NCBI GenBank assembly: GCA_002633005.1
Contig: NMRA01000662.1
Location: 9,375 to 73,374, forward strand
Length of the DNA: 64,000 nt
Direction: 5' to 3'
Source: Phoronis australis
Taxonomy: Eukaryota > Animalia > Phoronida
Positions 25,201 to 40,200 of the stretch are shown here, piece after piece. The translations under genes were made by a program, and so were the position numbers. The notes under the pieces are model-generated. The model was not told the origin of the DNA and made no database searches. It worked only from the letters and a program-made list of their open reading frames with translations. Position 1 is the stretch's first letter, and each line of letters starts with the position of its first letter.

Positions 25201-28200
25201 GGTCACTGAACCAGGCAAACGCCTACAACGGTGTGTCAGGAACCGGTAAAAATGCAATGAAATAAAATTGTTGACTTATGGCTCTTTAAAAAACACTCTT
25301 TTCAATTAGTGAAAAGCACCTTCTAGGGTATTTTGAATATTGTCGAAGTAAAACTGCTCCTTCGACGGACAGCGAACAAAATTGGGAGCCATTGGTCCAA
25401 TGCGATCAGTCAACTATGTTGCATACAAATCTGCCAATCACAATTTACCGCTTCTTTTTGAATTAATACATAAAATATGATACAAACTTGAAAACACAGA
25501 CCAGTCAGAAACATACGATTAATAAATAATATTTAAAAACAAAAACGACAAATTCAAAAATCTCGACTCATATTTTTCACGTGAATGTTAACATAACATG
25601 ATGCACAGGAATGTCGAGCCACAAAAAAACAGAAGTCCAAATAAAGTGCGTCTTAATCATGTCTAAAAGACTTGACATGCCATTCAATGATAAAAACTTA
25701 AAAAGCATAAACTTCTATAATTAAAAAGAACGCTTCCATGACAAAGCTAAATGCCATTAGTTGCAAACTTTTATAAAAGTTCAAAACATGTCTTAGAATA
25801 ATCTACCGTGCAGAGAAAGGTCTCAATAATTTTAGAGAATATTTTCAACTTGCCTGACCTAAAAAACATTAATTTGTTGTTCGAAAAATGCTAATCAAGC
25901 ATTTTCTAAGACATGAGATATGGTTGGCCAATGCAACCAAAATGTGATGAACAGTTGATTCAAAGGATGACCAACCATATAAAAGTTCAAACAGAAACAC
26001 TGCAAGTAACAGCTGGTGAATGAAGAGTGTGTATATCTATGTTCAATAAGGGGAAAGTTCCACACTGAGATCAGGCCAGTAGCCAGATATTATGAAGGTA
26101 TTTTGGACAAGTGGACCCGTAGCCTGCTATTATAAAGTTATTTTGGACGATTAGACCCGTAGCCAGCTATTGTGAATGTCTTTTGGACAAGTGGACCCGT
26201 AGACAGCTATTATGAAGGTATTTTGGATGAGTGGACCCGTCACTTGAACTTTTCAACAATTCCTATCCCTCCTCTGCTGTCAGAATCAGCTCCCCCTTTA
26301 CTAAGTAACGTTGCGTTCAGTAGGACTGTAATTCACAACAGAAATCTTGAGAGTTCACGATGCGCACAAAATGTAAAGGTTCATTTGAAAATGAGTTCAT
26401 TTTCAGAAATAAAACAGCGGGCATACTTCAGGCCACAACATTCTCGTTTGTGGCAGAAAATAATAATGGGAGAGGAAGAATAGTTCAAAATGATTCCTTT
26501 CATTCTGTAATTACATTTATGACCATTTATTATTTATTGATTATCAAAACCCAGGAATGATAAATGACAGTCATGAGGCAATAAAATGAAATCATTTTTG
26601 GGTTTGCTAATAGCTGATGGGTAATACCTCGCTTTGCTCATAGCTGACGGGTCATACCTCAGTTTAATCATTGTAAATTACTAAATACGTTGCATTTTTT
26701 GTGCATTTTTCAGAAACTAGGAAACGTTTTTTTACTTTATCTTTATTTCTATTTAATCCATCATGTTTTTCAAAAGTCGTGAAGATTGAGGGATAAAATC
26801 TGCAGATGACTGGCTGTGATCACAGTGCAACTGACAAAATGAACGCAAGACAAAACTTGTGGACCCGGAAACATCGTTTTCACTACTTGTACCGAACGTA
26901 GCATAATCATACCACAAAACTCCGCTGGTTACGGGCACCAAGCAGGCTATACGGGTCTCAAGAAGACTATAGCTTAAGGGTTCAATGAAGAAGCACACGG
27001 GTATAAAGTTCTGCAACAGGGGTCACTTACGGTGGTGCTTTAACACATTGAGATGTTAGCACTGGGTGTGTGCAAGTGGAACATGGTGAGTAACTGAGGA
27101 CTCAATGTTATGATGCTTTGTGCTGAGCATGCACAATGTGTTTGAAGGGACAAACATTCAATGAGTCAGTACAGTAGATTAATCCACAACTTGATACCAA
27201 TTTCTCAAAGAAGCAAATATCAACAGAGTCTAAATAATTCATTAATTATCTTTCTCGCAAGTAGATCATAATACAGCATGCATCCACGTTGAAAACATTA
27301 ACAAAGGTATTAATTAACTACTAAATAAATGAAATGTCCATTTCATTTCCAAAGTAAAGCAATATTTTTTTATCTTACTAAACCAGTTTTGAATCGATAT
27401 TATTAACCAGGCCGACTGACCTTGAACCAAACTAAGAATGTTTCAGCAGACTACAATCATTAAAAACCAGAGCCTTGTTAAGACACGTGGTAACGAGTAG
27501 GCCAAGCTTATCTTCCAATATTACACTGAGTGAGAACAATATCAAGACAAAGACAAGTAAACAGCAGATACATATAAATTATGACAAGAAGACAAGTATG
27601 CAAAAACAGCTGACGTGCAGCAGTAAGAACAAATATAGCTGAGATATGAATGTTGGGACGCTAGTGTAGAAGCACACAGTATAGACGCAGTCACTCACAA
27701 GGGATGCAGCCAGGCAGACTTTGAGCCAACGAATACACAGAGATGTCCTTGCAGAATCAGAGAAATTTTGGTGCCGTGGCCCGGATGGCTACGCAATTTT
27801 GACAAAATTGATACATTCTGACAAATATTTTAAACTGAAAATTAATATGAGAAATGCAATTCAGACAGTATGCAATCAAAAATACTTTTTGCTTCATGGN
27901 AGTTTAATCATTGTAAATTACTAAATACGTTGCATTTTTGTGCATTTTTCAGAAACTAGGAAACGTTTTTTTACTTTATCTTTATTTCTATTTAATCCAT
28001 CATGTTTTTCAAAAGTCGTGAAGATTGAGGGATAAAATCTGCAGATGACTGGTTGTGATCACAGTGCAACTGACAAAATGAACGCAAGACAAAACTTGTG
28101 GACCCGGAAACATCGTTTTCACTACTTGTACCGAACGTAGCATAATTATACCACAAAACTCCGCTGGTTACGGGCACCAAGCAGGCTATACGGGTCCCAA

Positions 28201-31200
28201 GAAGACTATAGCTTAAGGGTTCAATGAAGAAGCACACGGGTATAAAGTTCTGCAACAGGGGTCACTTACGGTGGTGCTTTAACACATTGAGATGTTAGCA
28301 CTGGGTGTGTGCAAGTGGAACATGGTGAGTAACGGAGGACTCAATGTTATGATGCTTTGTGCTGAGCATGCACAATGTGTTTGAAGGGACAAACATTCAA
28401 TGAGTCAGTACAGTAGATTAATCCACAACTTGGTACCAGTTTCTCAAAGAAGCAAATATCAACAGAGTCTAAATAATTCGTTAACTTTCTTGCAAGTAGA
28501 TCATAATACAGCATGCATCCACGTTGAAAACATTAACAAAGGTATTAATTAACTACTAAATAAATGAAATGGTCCATTCCATATCCAAAGTAAAGCAATA
28601 TTTTTTTATCTTACTAAACCAGTTTTGAATCGGATATTATTAACCAGGCCGACTGACCGTGAACCAAACTAAGAATGTTTCAGACTACAATCGTTAAAAA
28701 CCAGAGCCTTGTTAAGACACGTGGTAACGAGTAGGCCAAGCTTATCTTCCAATATTACACTGAGTGAGAACAATATCAAGACAAAGACAAGTAAACAGCA
28801 GATACATATAAATTATGACAAGAAGACAAGTATGCAAAAACAGCTGACGTGCAGCAGTAAGAACAAATATAGCTGAGATATGAATGTTGGGATGCTACTG
28901 TAGAAGCACACAGTATAGAAGCAGTCACTCACAAGGGATGCAGCCAGGCAGACTTTGAGCCAACGAATACACAGAGATGTCCTAGCAGAATCAGAGAAAT
29001 TTTGGTGCCGTGGCCCGGATGGCTAAGCAATTTTGACAAAATTGATACATTCTGACAAATATTTTAAACTGAAAATTAATATGAGAAATGCAATTCAGAC
29101 AGTATGCAATCAAAAATACTTTTTGCTTCATGGAAAAAGTCATCTCTGTGACATTCGTGTACACTAATAAGTAAAGTGGAGAGAACTAAATTATACCCTT
29201 TCAGTGGTGTTTAGGCGATGAGACCTCACTTCAATGTTGTGACGCTAATGATAAGAATTTAAAGATAGAGAAACAAACTTCTTTAAGGTAGAAATTTTTT
29301 TATTTATGTTAATCCATAATTAAAAGTATTTAAACAAAGAAAAAACGATAAATTACAACAGCCAGTAAAAATCTCCTAAAGGCTAAACACCTCTAGGTAT
29401 TTAAACAGCGTAAGGATCCACTATAAAACACTCATTAAAAGTGAACTGATACGAGACCAATAAATTAAATCGTCACTCTGGACTATCATGAAATTTATTG
29501 AACTAAAAACAGAATTGAATAACTATAAAATCTGAAACAAAACATCACATTTTGTAAAGAACGCATTGAGAAAGAGTTAAGTCAAATCCTAAAGTTCTAT
29601 GAAATTATAAAATTATAAAAATATACCACTGAAAGGGCAATACAAAGGTGCACTCACCGCCTTGAAAGCCTATCAAAGAACAGGGAGAAAGCATTAAAGG
29701 GATTATCACCAGAAAGTACATGCGACACTTGGTCGGGGTCACATGACCACATCTCATAATGGAGGCCACCTTCAGATAGCATGACGGCGGCCACTTGTTC
29801 ACGTTCTCTCAAGAATAGGGTTTTTATAACAGATTCACAGAGTCCAACACAGAGACGCTACACATGTAAGAGAACACAATTAACAATCAATATGGCACTG
29901 GTGGGATTTGCAGGTTTATCAAAAAATAACTCAACAGAGCATGAGAACATGGTTGATGACACCAAAGTCAATGCATGTAAGGGATGTAACCAACTAAGAT
30001 ACGGTACAGTAAATAGGAATTTCATTCAAAATTATTATTAAATACAAAAATCTCTCAATTCCTTCGACTCTAGTATGAGCATGCCAGAAAAGGCAACATT
30101 ACCGCTTTGTTCAAAGGACACATATAAAGAATATGGAAAAATGAAGTACAAAGCTTAGTATTTATTATGTCAAAAGAAGGGTGACTTTCAACGTCTTTGC
30201 TGTCAACCAAATGTTGAACCAAAATTATCTCTGAATAGCAGTTTTTGGTTTTAGTCACCATTATATGAAATTGTCATATTTATTCACAAAAATATTACAC
30301 AACATCTGCAGCACAGGTTCCCAGTTGAAAAGTGGCATGATATTGTTGCTTTATCCAGAGATCATATAAGTTCATGAGTATGCATACTGTTAAAGGACCA
30401 ATGCAGGTATGCAACAGCTGGGTTGACACAATGAGACTGCATGCCTAGTGGACAGTGTAGGTACACATCAGCTGGGCCAGTATCTAGCAACAAGTTGTGC
30501 ATGGGATGTACAGATGGTCAATGGACTGACTACAATCATGGGGTGCACAATGCTTTCATTTGGTACAGCCTACTATACATCACACAACATTTATATGAAT
30601 TTTCAATCTAGTCACCAGTAAATAATTAGATCGAGTGTAAGGTCATGAAGATCTTGCAAGGTCACACCCATGTTGGAAGTGCCTAAATAACCCTGGATAC
30701 AGAGTAGTCAACAGACCTGTCGTTTTAATCGGACAAAGTTTGAAAGGATGATGTAAACTTTTAGAAGATGAACTTGCAGAAATTTTTTTTTCCACTCAAG
30801 CATTTAAAGTAAAACATAGTTTCCATTTGCAAAACCTAAGCGTGTCCAACTACTTGTGTATTAAGACTTGCATTCACAAGTAACACTTATAAAACTGATG
30901 GAGTCACAAAGTCACAACGGGCAGTGGTTTAACAAAAAAGAGACCCCCTAGAATATTCTGATATAAAACCTTATCAAAAATCCAACTCCCACAATGCAGT
31001 GTGTACATCTGATCAAAACATGGCCGAGTTGAGTCAGTTAGCATGATCATTATACAGCACATTGCCAGTGTGCACATCTGATCAAGACATGGCCGAGTTG
31101 AGGCAGTTAGCATGATCATTATACAGCACATTGCCATGATTGCAGTCAACCACACAGCGCCTCACAATGCATGATAAAATGAACCTCTGCCTTCTGTCAG

Positions 31201-34200
31201 TATAAATATGTATCTCAAGATTGGACCAGCAGATACGATGGCAATACAAGCAGTGTGTTCTACAGCCCAACCCCACTAGCTGAGCCAGAAAGCAGAGCTC
31301 CACCTTTTGGTTTGACAGTAGTCCACCAGTCCTGTGCAAAGAGGGCCCAGAGAAGTAACATATTTTTATTTTAAGGTGAAAATTCTCAGGTTTGGCACAG
31401 AGAAAAATGAATCATTACGCTCAAGGTCGGAGCTTGTAACAAACTTTAGAAGAGAGAAATGTTGGATGTCCAAAATTTGAGAGTTGTGATCAACAACTAC
31501 TGATCATTCACCTCGATGCTACACACAATTAGGATACATGTAATGTTGTGTACTAGGTAGTTCCCAAAATTTTAGACTCTGTTCCAAACTAGAGAATTTG
31601 TACTCTTATTGGCTATCATTTTTTGAAAAACAAAACAAAATAAAGTGACAATGCAATATAGATGAAAAATACCGCTGTCTTAACACAGCAGGAAATCACA
31701 TGACTATGCGCACTATAATCTCATACACACACCATAACTTTTCTGGAAGTAGATTTCGCACTAAGTAAAAAGCATCCGACTCTATTTATCAATAATATTT
31801 CTAGTAACGGATATTCATTTAAAAAATTTTACCGATACAATCACCCTTCGTAAAGAATATTTAATAACCTTGTCTCCCATATCTGAAATTGCTCGTTTAC
31901 CATCAGTTGTGCAATCCCTTTCATTAAGACAATAAACGTTGAAATCACGTCAGTCACATTCAACTCAAGATTTCTGGATTTTCAAATGCAGTGATTCCCT
32001 GCCATGTATGATGTAGACCAGCCACAACATGTGATGTGTACTCTAGACATTACCTGTGACTGGTGCATTATCACAACATCGTCATGGTAACTCACCTCAG
32101 CATGATGTTCCTCATTCTGCTGTAGTACCTCAATACAATACTCCGCCAAACGGTTCAAATCTTCTAACTTCTGTTGAGCTGTCACATCCTCTTGGAATGA
32201 GTCTGTAAAATGGTTGATTACATTTATGGACAAATCACGCCAATTTTAGAAAATAATCAAAAGCTTTCAACACTCTTGTGGATATCTGCAATTTTTAAAC
32301 TGTGGCGTAAGGTGTAACAAATCAAAACGATGTCATTTTTGTACCATCCAGTACTTTTATGAGCAAGAACAACTCAAAACGTTGAAAAGTACTCACGACT
32401 ACACCGCAAATGGTATGCTCGTAGGGATGTTTATCGGTATCATAAAAATGGCCAACAGATAATGCAAATATGCCCAACCTCATCCAAAAATGGAAAGATC
32501 TCATGGTCTCTCCTATTTCATGAAAATATGCTACATAACTCCAGATGCAGAAACTACGATAAGAGGAACAGCAGGAGTCTGATCCATAACTTGCCATATG
32601 TGCTATGTCTATGAGAACACACGTGCCAAAACCTGCACGAGGTTTAGGAAATACAGCCACTAGGGGGCGCAGCAGCAGTCGAACCCATATGAAAGTCAGC
32701 ATCAGTCTTGCTTTTATCAGGCAATGTTCTCAATGATCAAGCTACAGACGTAGCACAGCAAAAACAACAAAAATGGCCTCTGAGTGGTGCACAATACCTC
32801 TCATCCGCCTGAAAACAGAAAGGTGATGTCACCTCTGAAAACACAGAAGTAAAATAAACTGAAATTGTCAATAGAAGGCACAATGGTAATCATATGTCAG
32901 CATATGTTGACACATTAGTAGAAGAACGTTTGCCAAATTTCATAAAGATCCTGAATGGGGTTAAGGAAATAGAGACAAAGATGTAAAGAAACTAGTCATT
33001 AGGTGGCACCAAAGTAGTCGAACCTGTCTGAAAAACATCAGCAGGACCACTTCTGCCAATTCTCATTATGGGTAAGTAATTTGGCAGATAGAAGCAGACG
33101 CCAAAAATGGATTCATGAAAAATGAAAATGGCCACTAGGTGACACAGAATATACCAAATCCAACCGATAAGAGTACATTATCTTCTTAATAAAAGTCTAC
33201 TCGGCAAATTTCATGACAATCTGTCAAAGAACTCTGAAAATGCGTGGACACATAGAAAATGAAATTACCACTAGAACGACAGCAGCAGTCGGATTTGTCA
33301 TTTACAGAAACAGGCCCACCTTAAAGTATGCAGGAGGTTAAGGAGATACAGTTGCATATACAAAAAATGAAACTGCCACTCAAAAGTAACAAAATTGGTC
33401 GCCAGGTGGCCCAGAATATGCTGAATTCATTTGAAAATGAAATGGTGTAGTTGTCTCCTTAATAGAAGCATATTTGCCAAACTTCAAAAAAAAATCATTT
33501 AAAGAACTCCGAAGATAAAGAAGCAAAAATAAAAAAGTAGAATTCCCAATAGGGGGCCCAGCAGCAGTCAGATTGATACCAAATTCGTTGTCATCTGTCC
33601 GCTTCATACAAACACATCTACCAAATCTCATGAAGATCCTATAAGAAGCTTAGCACATACAGCAACATACGCCGGACGCCCACAGAGATAGATGAGGGCA
33701 ATACGCACCGTCCCACATATAAATAAGAGGGCAAATAAAAATTTCCGTAATTCCGTGGAACGCTGCCGCCTCCATTGGAGTTTTTGGCAAACCTGTTACA
33801 GAGTTTTGATGACTCCTTTGCAACCGATCCACCGATTTTCAAATTTTTTAGTTAATTATCCATCGCTAAAGTTAAGAGAATGCCCCCCATGTGAATAATA
33901 AGCATTCTTCGCCAATGTATTTAGCCTGTATAATACAACTGTTTTGAATGCATTGTGCAATTTATACTTGCGAAATATGAAAGGTTTTGGTGTACTTTAC
34001 AAAAAATACAAAATACTTTTTGTGTTCCAGAGAATGCACAGTATCGATAACTGTTCAAAACATCATTAAAATAGTTACAGAAAAGTTTGGGAAAATCTCA
34101 TTGATTGAAAACGAAATAATCTACACAAAACACAAAACGTATCTTAAGGCCTTAAAAAACTGTTCAAATTGTTAGCAATCCAAAATGATGTAATTTAAAG

Positions 34201-37200
34201 TTGAAGCCTTTAGCTAAAAAATAACACCAAATCGGTCCGTGAAGATCGCCCATTAGCGATGCTGATGAGTTTTGAATGACATGTTTTACCCCTGCAAAGG
34301 ACAGCACTTTCCAGCCAAATCCCAAGCATAAGCTTTGTGAACTGTGACCTTATAAACTATGGTACTCTTGTTGAAAAATTCCTCATTACAGCAAAATGAA
34401 GTTTTATCTTTTGAATAGGTTTTAGACTCTTCAAAGATACTTCTGGTGTACTATAATAGTAACACCTTTGGGCCAAACAAAGTGACCCAAATTTCCAAAA
34501 CTCTCACTGGTAACTTTTCCATACTTGAATGTAACTATGTTTGATTAGAGCAACATCTATACACATATGCTCCAAACGCATGTGGGAATTTTCAAAAGCA
34601 TGCATTGAAGTCACAGTGTAATTACGCCATTATCGTTATAAAACAAAGAAAGAGATCACATTAGCGTAAAAAGGTCTATTCTAACTTTCAAATGGCATTA
34701 ACCATTTTCTTCCGGCTTAAACAGAACTTTTTGCAATGACTTTTGAAAAAATATCAAAAAAATCCTTGTTTAGCTATTTGACACTTTCTGATAATGTTTT
34801 CCCAAATGACATGTATTCCAGAGGTTTACATGCTAAGCTGGTTAAAGCGAACAGGTAACTACCAAGTAAATAACAGGGTCTGTGCACAAACACATGTCCT
34901 AGACAAGCAAACATTGAGAGCAGGTGATTTAGGAAAGAGTGAATAACTAAGTCAGTGCCTGTGAGTACTAACATGCAGCAAATGCTTACTAAATGAAATG
35001 GAATTCAGACTTTTAAGTGGAACTTGCACATTAAATCCTTATCACTGCAATTTCAAGGCCAAATTAGTTAGAAACACAACATATAGAGATGACGTAAATA
35101 TAAAGTAGGTTGAAAATTGCCAAATGTTTTTAAAAACTAGTCTTGTGTCGAAAATGGTGCACCGTAAATCACTCAACCATGTCCAGTAAGTATTGTGACG
35201 TGGTGTTTTGGAATAACATTGCATGATGCGGGCTATGTGAGCCCCCAAGGTACGTCATCAGTGCAAAGGGCGCCTATTTGCAGGTTTTCACATTTACCAG
35301 TTGCCAATGAATACAACTGCACTTTGTTTAGCGTAGATTATGTTTAAACGGCATTGCCGTTTAGTTCCTGCTATACATTAGCATAGTTAGGAGCATGCAA
35401 ATACATATTTAGTTAAATACACAATTTTTAATGAAGAATATAAAATGTTTAGAGACTGAAAAACAGTCATTAGTGAAGTTGGCATTTTTTTCATCATTGA
35501 ATAATACAAATTTGGGGACGACCCGGATACTTCACCTTCAACAAGTCTTCTTGTTTCAAAATACCAAAATAATAGACTTGGAACTAAAGAACATAAGTTT
35601 TGCTGGCACAGAACTGACATAGAACGCCAATCCAAACCAAAGCAGTACCTGGATAAGGATCAGAGGAATCTATGGCCCATGCATTGGGATAAGCCCATGG
35701 GAACATGCTCTGCTCATGGCTAACATTTAGTCAACAAATCTACAAATTCAGGGGTCTATAATAACCCAGTAACATAACCACATAAACTGTATAATTTACA
35801 TCCTTCAGTTTTACTATATACAATAATAACAACTTTAACATCAATGGTTATCCAATGACAGGTTAAAAATATTAAACAATTGCAAACTCAATTGAACAAA
35901 AACTTATATAGCCAAAACATATGCCCACGTTTAGATTACAAGAGCAACGCTGAGCATTGAAATATGCTCACGAATGCATTGCAAACGGAGTGCTTCTAGG
36001 GTTATTTATTTGTATCATAAAAATGGCCACTAGATGGCACAAAAACGTCCAATCAATCCCAAAATGGGAATGCCATTGCTTCTTTAATAGAAAGCTATTT
36101 ACCAAATTTCATAAAAATCTGTCAAGGAACTTCAGAGAAACAAAAGAAACGGGAAAAAATGAAAACGTCACTAGGTGGTACAGCGTTCGTTAGATCCGCC
36201 TAAAAGACGTTGTCTGTTGATAGATTCATATCAATACACTTACTAAATTTAATAAAGATCTTTCGCACTTGGAAAATATATGCCAATTTTCAAAACCACC
36301 CTTAAAATGGTTTCGTTGATAGAGGGTGGACCCAAAAACAGCAACAATGGCCACTAGGTGACGCAAAATACTTCCGATTCCATCCAAAAGTGGGAGGAAA
36401 GCATCATCTCACTAATAGATGCCTATACTCCAGATTTTATGAAAATCCATTACGAACCTTTGAAGATGCAGAGGTAAATGTAAAAAAACTAAAATTGCCA
36501 CTAGGGAGCACACCGGTACTCAGATCCGTCCGAAAGTCGTGGTCATTTGTTACCAACATCTCTAATACACTTGTTAAATTTAGTAAAGATCCTGCAAACA
36601 CTTTAGGAAATACAGCCATGGACGCAACAAAAACAAAACTGCTACTAGGAGGCACCACAGTAGTTGAAGTCGTCGGAAAATCATGAGCTGTCTTCTTCAT
36701 AATAAGAAGTAACTAACATACATGCCAATTTTCACAATAATCCTTAGAGCGGTTTGGTTGATAGAAGGGTGGACGCCAAAAAAACAGAGTCGATAACAGT
36801 AAAAATGGCCACTAGGTGGCGCAAACTACATCAAATCCATTCGAAAACAGAAAGACAGTGTCATCTCACTAATAGATGCCTATGTGCCAAATTTTATGAA
36901 AATCCGTTGAGGATCTTTGAAGACACAGAGGTAAACATAAAAATCTAAAATTGCCACTAGGGGGCACACCGGTAGTCCGATCCATCTGAAAGCTGTCGCC
37001 ATCCCTCGTCAACATCATATAAATACACTTGCTAAATTTAATTAAGATCCTGCAAATACCTTAGGAGATACAGCCATGGGCGCAAAAAAATAAAACTACC
37101 ACTGGGAGGCACCACAGAAGTCGAAGTCGTCGTAAAATTATCATGAGTCATCCTCTTCATAGTAAGAACATACAGACCAATTTTCACAATCTTCCTTAAA

Positions 37201-40200
37201 AAGGTTTGGTTGATACAGGGGTGGACGCCAAGAACAGGTTCAAAAACAGTAAAAATGGCCTCTCGGGGGCGCAAAACACGTCGAATCCATCCAAAAATGG
37301 TAGGATGGTGTCATTTCACTAATAGATGCCTATATTCCAAATTTTATGAAAATACATTGAAGACCTTTGAAGATACAGAGGTAAGTGTAAAAAAATAAAA
37401 TTGCCACTAGGGGTCACACCGGTAGTCGGATAGGTCAGAAAGTTTTTGTTCATCCTGTCTCTCCCTTGAAATGAACACGTGAAAAAATCATGAACATATG
37501 TCAAAGGGTTTTGGAGGCAGAGCAGCGGACATCGGATGGACGCAGGACAGACGCCGGACGGACGCTGGACGGACGGACAGACGAAGATGACGGCATAATG
37601 CGTCCATATATAGATATGTGGGCGCATAAAAATAACAGTTACTTCTTAAAATACTGAAAAGTTGGAAGTTGAGAATGATACGTCAAGTAACACAGGTNNN
37701 NNNNNNNNNNNNNNNNNNNNNNNNNNNNNNNNNNNNNNNNNNNNNNNNNNNNNNNNNNNNNNNNNNNNNNNNNNNNNNNNNNNNNNNNNNNNNNNNNNNN
37801 NNNNNNNNNNNNNNNNNNNNNNNNNNNAAGGATTATTCAACATGATATTACTGCAATAACAGATGCCTTCATACACAACTACATGTGTGGTAGTTTGTAA
37901 ACAACATGGACACACATCTGCTTGTAAATACACTGATGCCTGGTAATTGTATACTGTAAATAACACACATCTGCATGTAAATACACTGATGAGTGGTTAT
38001 TGTATACTGTAAAACACATCTGCTTGTAAATATACTGATACGTGGTTATTATATACTGCAAATAACACATATCTGCTTGTAAATACACTGAAGCGTAGTA
38101 ACTGTAAACTGTAAATAACACACATCTGCTTGTAAATATACTGATGCGTGGTAATTGTATACTGTAAATAACACACATCTGCTTGTAAATATACTGATGC
38201 GTGGTAATTGTATACTGTAAAAACACACATCTGCATGTAAATATACTGATTTGTAATTGTATACTGTAAATAACACACATCTGCTTGTAAATACATTGAT
38301 GCGTGGTAATTGTATACTGTAAATAACACACATCTGCTTGTAAATATACTGATGCGTGGTAATTGTATACTGTAAATGACAAATGGCACTTTGTAAATAA
38401 CCTTTAGTAAGATGTGGAAAAAGCAACATTGTAATTTGTAAACAACACAATAAAGCACCCTTATTAACATGATTTACTGCAGTTTTGACCTTTGACATCT
38501 GATGAATGTATCTTTCTTTTTTTGATTCTCCTAAAAAGACATAGCCACTGAATCCCTATCGATGGCAGAATGCGTCAAAACATGATTTCCAAAAAGAAAC
38601 ACTATCATAGAATTAAATTGTGTAAATGTAAAGACTAATCAGTAAAGTTTCGCATTACCTTAAACTACTCTAAGTGTGCTGTGGAACACTTCACACATAC
38701 ACTCGCGTACATACACACAAAATGACTAGCATGCTTGATGAATCACAGTGCACACAACTGACGTCACAAGACAAACCGTATCATTAAGAACTAAGCGTGC
38801 ACATTCACTATGGACTAAACTATGACAGTACAACATACACACTAAGTCGCAATGCTTATAATATTAGTCTAATGCACTTCATAAAATGCCAAACAATTGT
38901 ATTCAGGTAAAAAAATGAGTTGTGAGCAAGCAATTGTAAAGTTCTAAGGGCATTTGAAGGGATGTTATGTGTTTTATAGTTGATTATTGTTGGATAGGAT
39001 AGACTTCTTAAATAAGTTAACAGTTTTGACCAGGACCCGGTCCCCAATCTTTTTACTCAAAATGGAACTCGAAATTAGGTTTGGCATTTTCTACTCTACT
39101 TTTGGGCGAACTCAAGATAATTGTCAATTATTCTATGCTCGAGTACACAATAACTTACTTAGATAATTTATTGCCCTTAGTTCACAGTTTGTAAACCCAA
39201 TATTAAAGCAATAACTTCGAGTTTGAACTCGAAATTTCGAGTTTTTACTCGAGTTTGTAGCACGAATATAAGGGTCTTCAAGGGCAAACTTGAACTAGAA
39301 ACTCCTATGCATAAACTATAATGTATTCGAGCACAGTCAGATAACCAATTACCTTAAGTTCGCGCAAAAGGAGCAGAGAAATTGCCAAAAATAGTTTCGA
39401 GTTCGTTTCAAGTACAAAGATTAGAGACCGGGCCCAGAACATAAAAACAAAATCTGTTTTTTTAACTTCATTACATATCGCCAATACTTGCCATTACTTG
39501 CCAGACATTTGCAGGTGTCTACACACACTTAAATGCTGTCATTTAGCAAGTGGAACTTGGTTCAGTGGCACGTTTGACCTCTACTGACGTGCTAGTAGGT
39601 TTGATTTCGTTTACTGTTAATTTAATCTGCAAAAATACCTTTTCTTGTCAAGAATGTCCCTTTTAGGTGTGGATAAGGTTTACATATCAGTGTCTGAAGT
39701 TAATCTCTGAATCTTTCAAATGTCTTAGTTTGATATCGACAATTCAATTCTTTCCTGATGCTTAGCATGATTGAGTGAATCTCGGTCAGATCAATGATAC
39801 CAATAAATAATTTTTGATGCTGTCACACAGCGGGTGCTATCGATAATCTACCAATAATTGCTCAACTGTCGGCTGATGCGACAATTTTTTGCGGTAAATG
39901 CATCTGAATAGCTTGGTGTGACCCAATGCACAATGCGACCCCAGTTTGACCCTTACCCTACCCACAGTAGGTTACACACTACCAGTGTGGTTTACCCCAC
40001 ACAAGGCTGCCAGTGAGAGTGAAGGATGATACAACCACAGTCACACATTAGTAGTCAGAGTTTGTGATTTGTTTCATCAATAAGCTGTTCACATTGTCTG
40101 CTGTTTGCATTTCCTTACCAAAAATTGCCCAACATACTTATTTTCCAGAAGTTGTTTTCTTACGAAAGTAGACTTCAGTAGTAGTTCTTAAATGGACAAT

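Noticed and set aside
26753-28255. Duplicated 87-aa ORF suggesting a tandem gene pair
   Set aside because: It lies in the N-joined haplotype duplication and has no recognisable domain or splice structure.
37879-38498. Overlapping 150-167 aa ORFs
   Set aside because: They are read-through of a 50-bp minisatellite, as are the ORFs at 4616, 11496, 42699, 46496-46778 and 59650-59960.
38659-38680. Microexon candidate before a GTAATG donor
   Set aside because: Possible lengths (6, 11, 20 nt) are out of frame or contain a stop, and the pyrimidine tract is poor.
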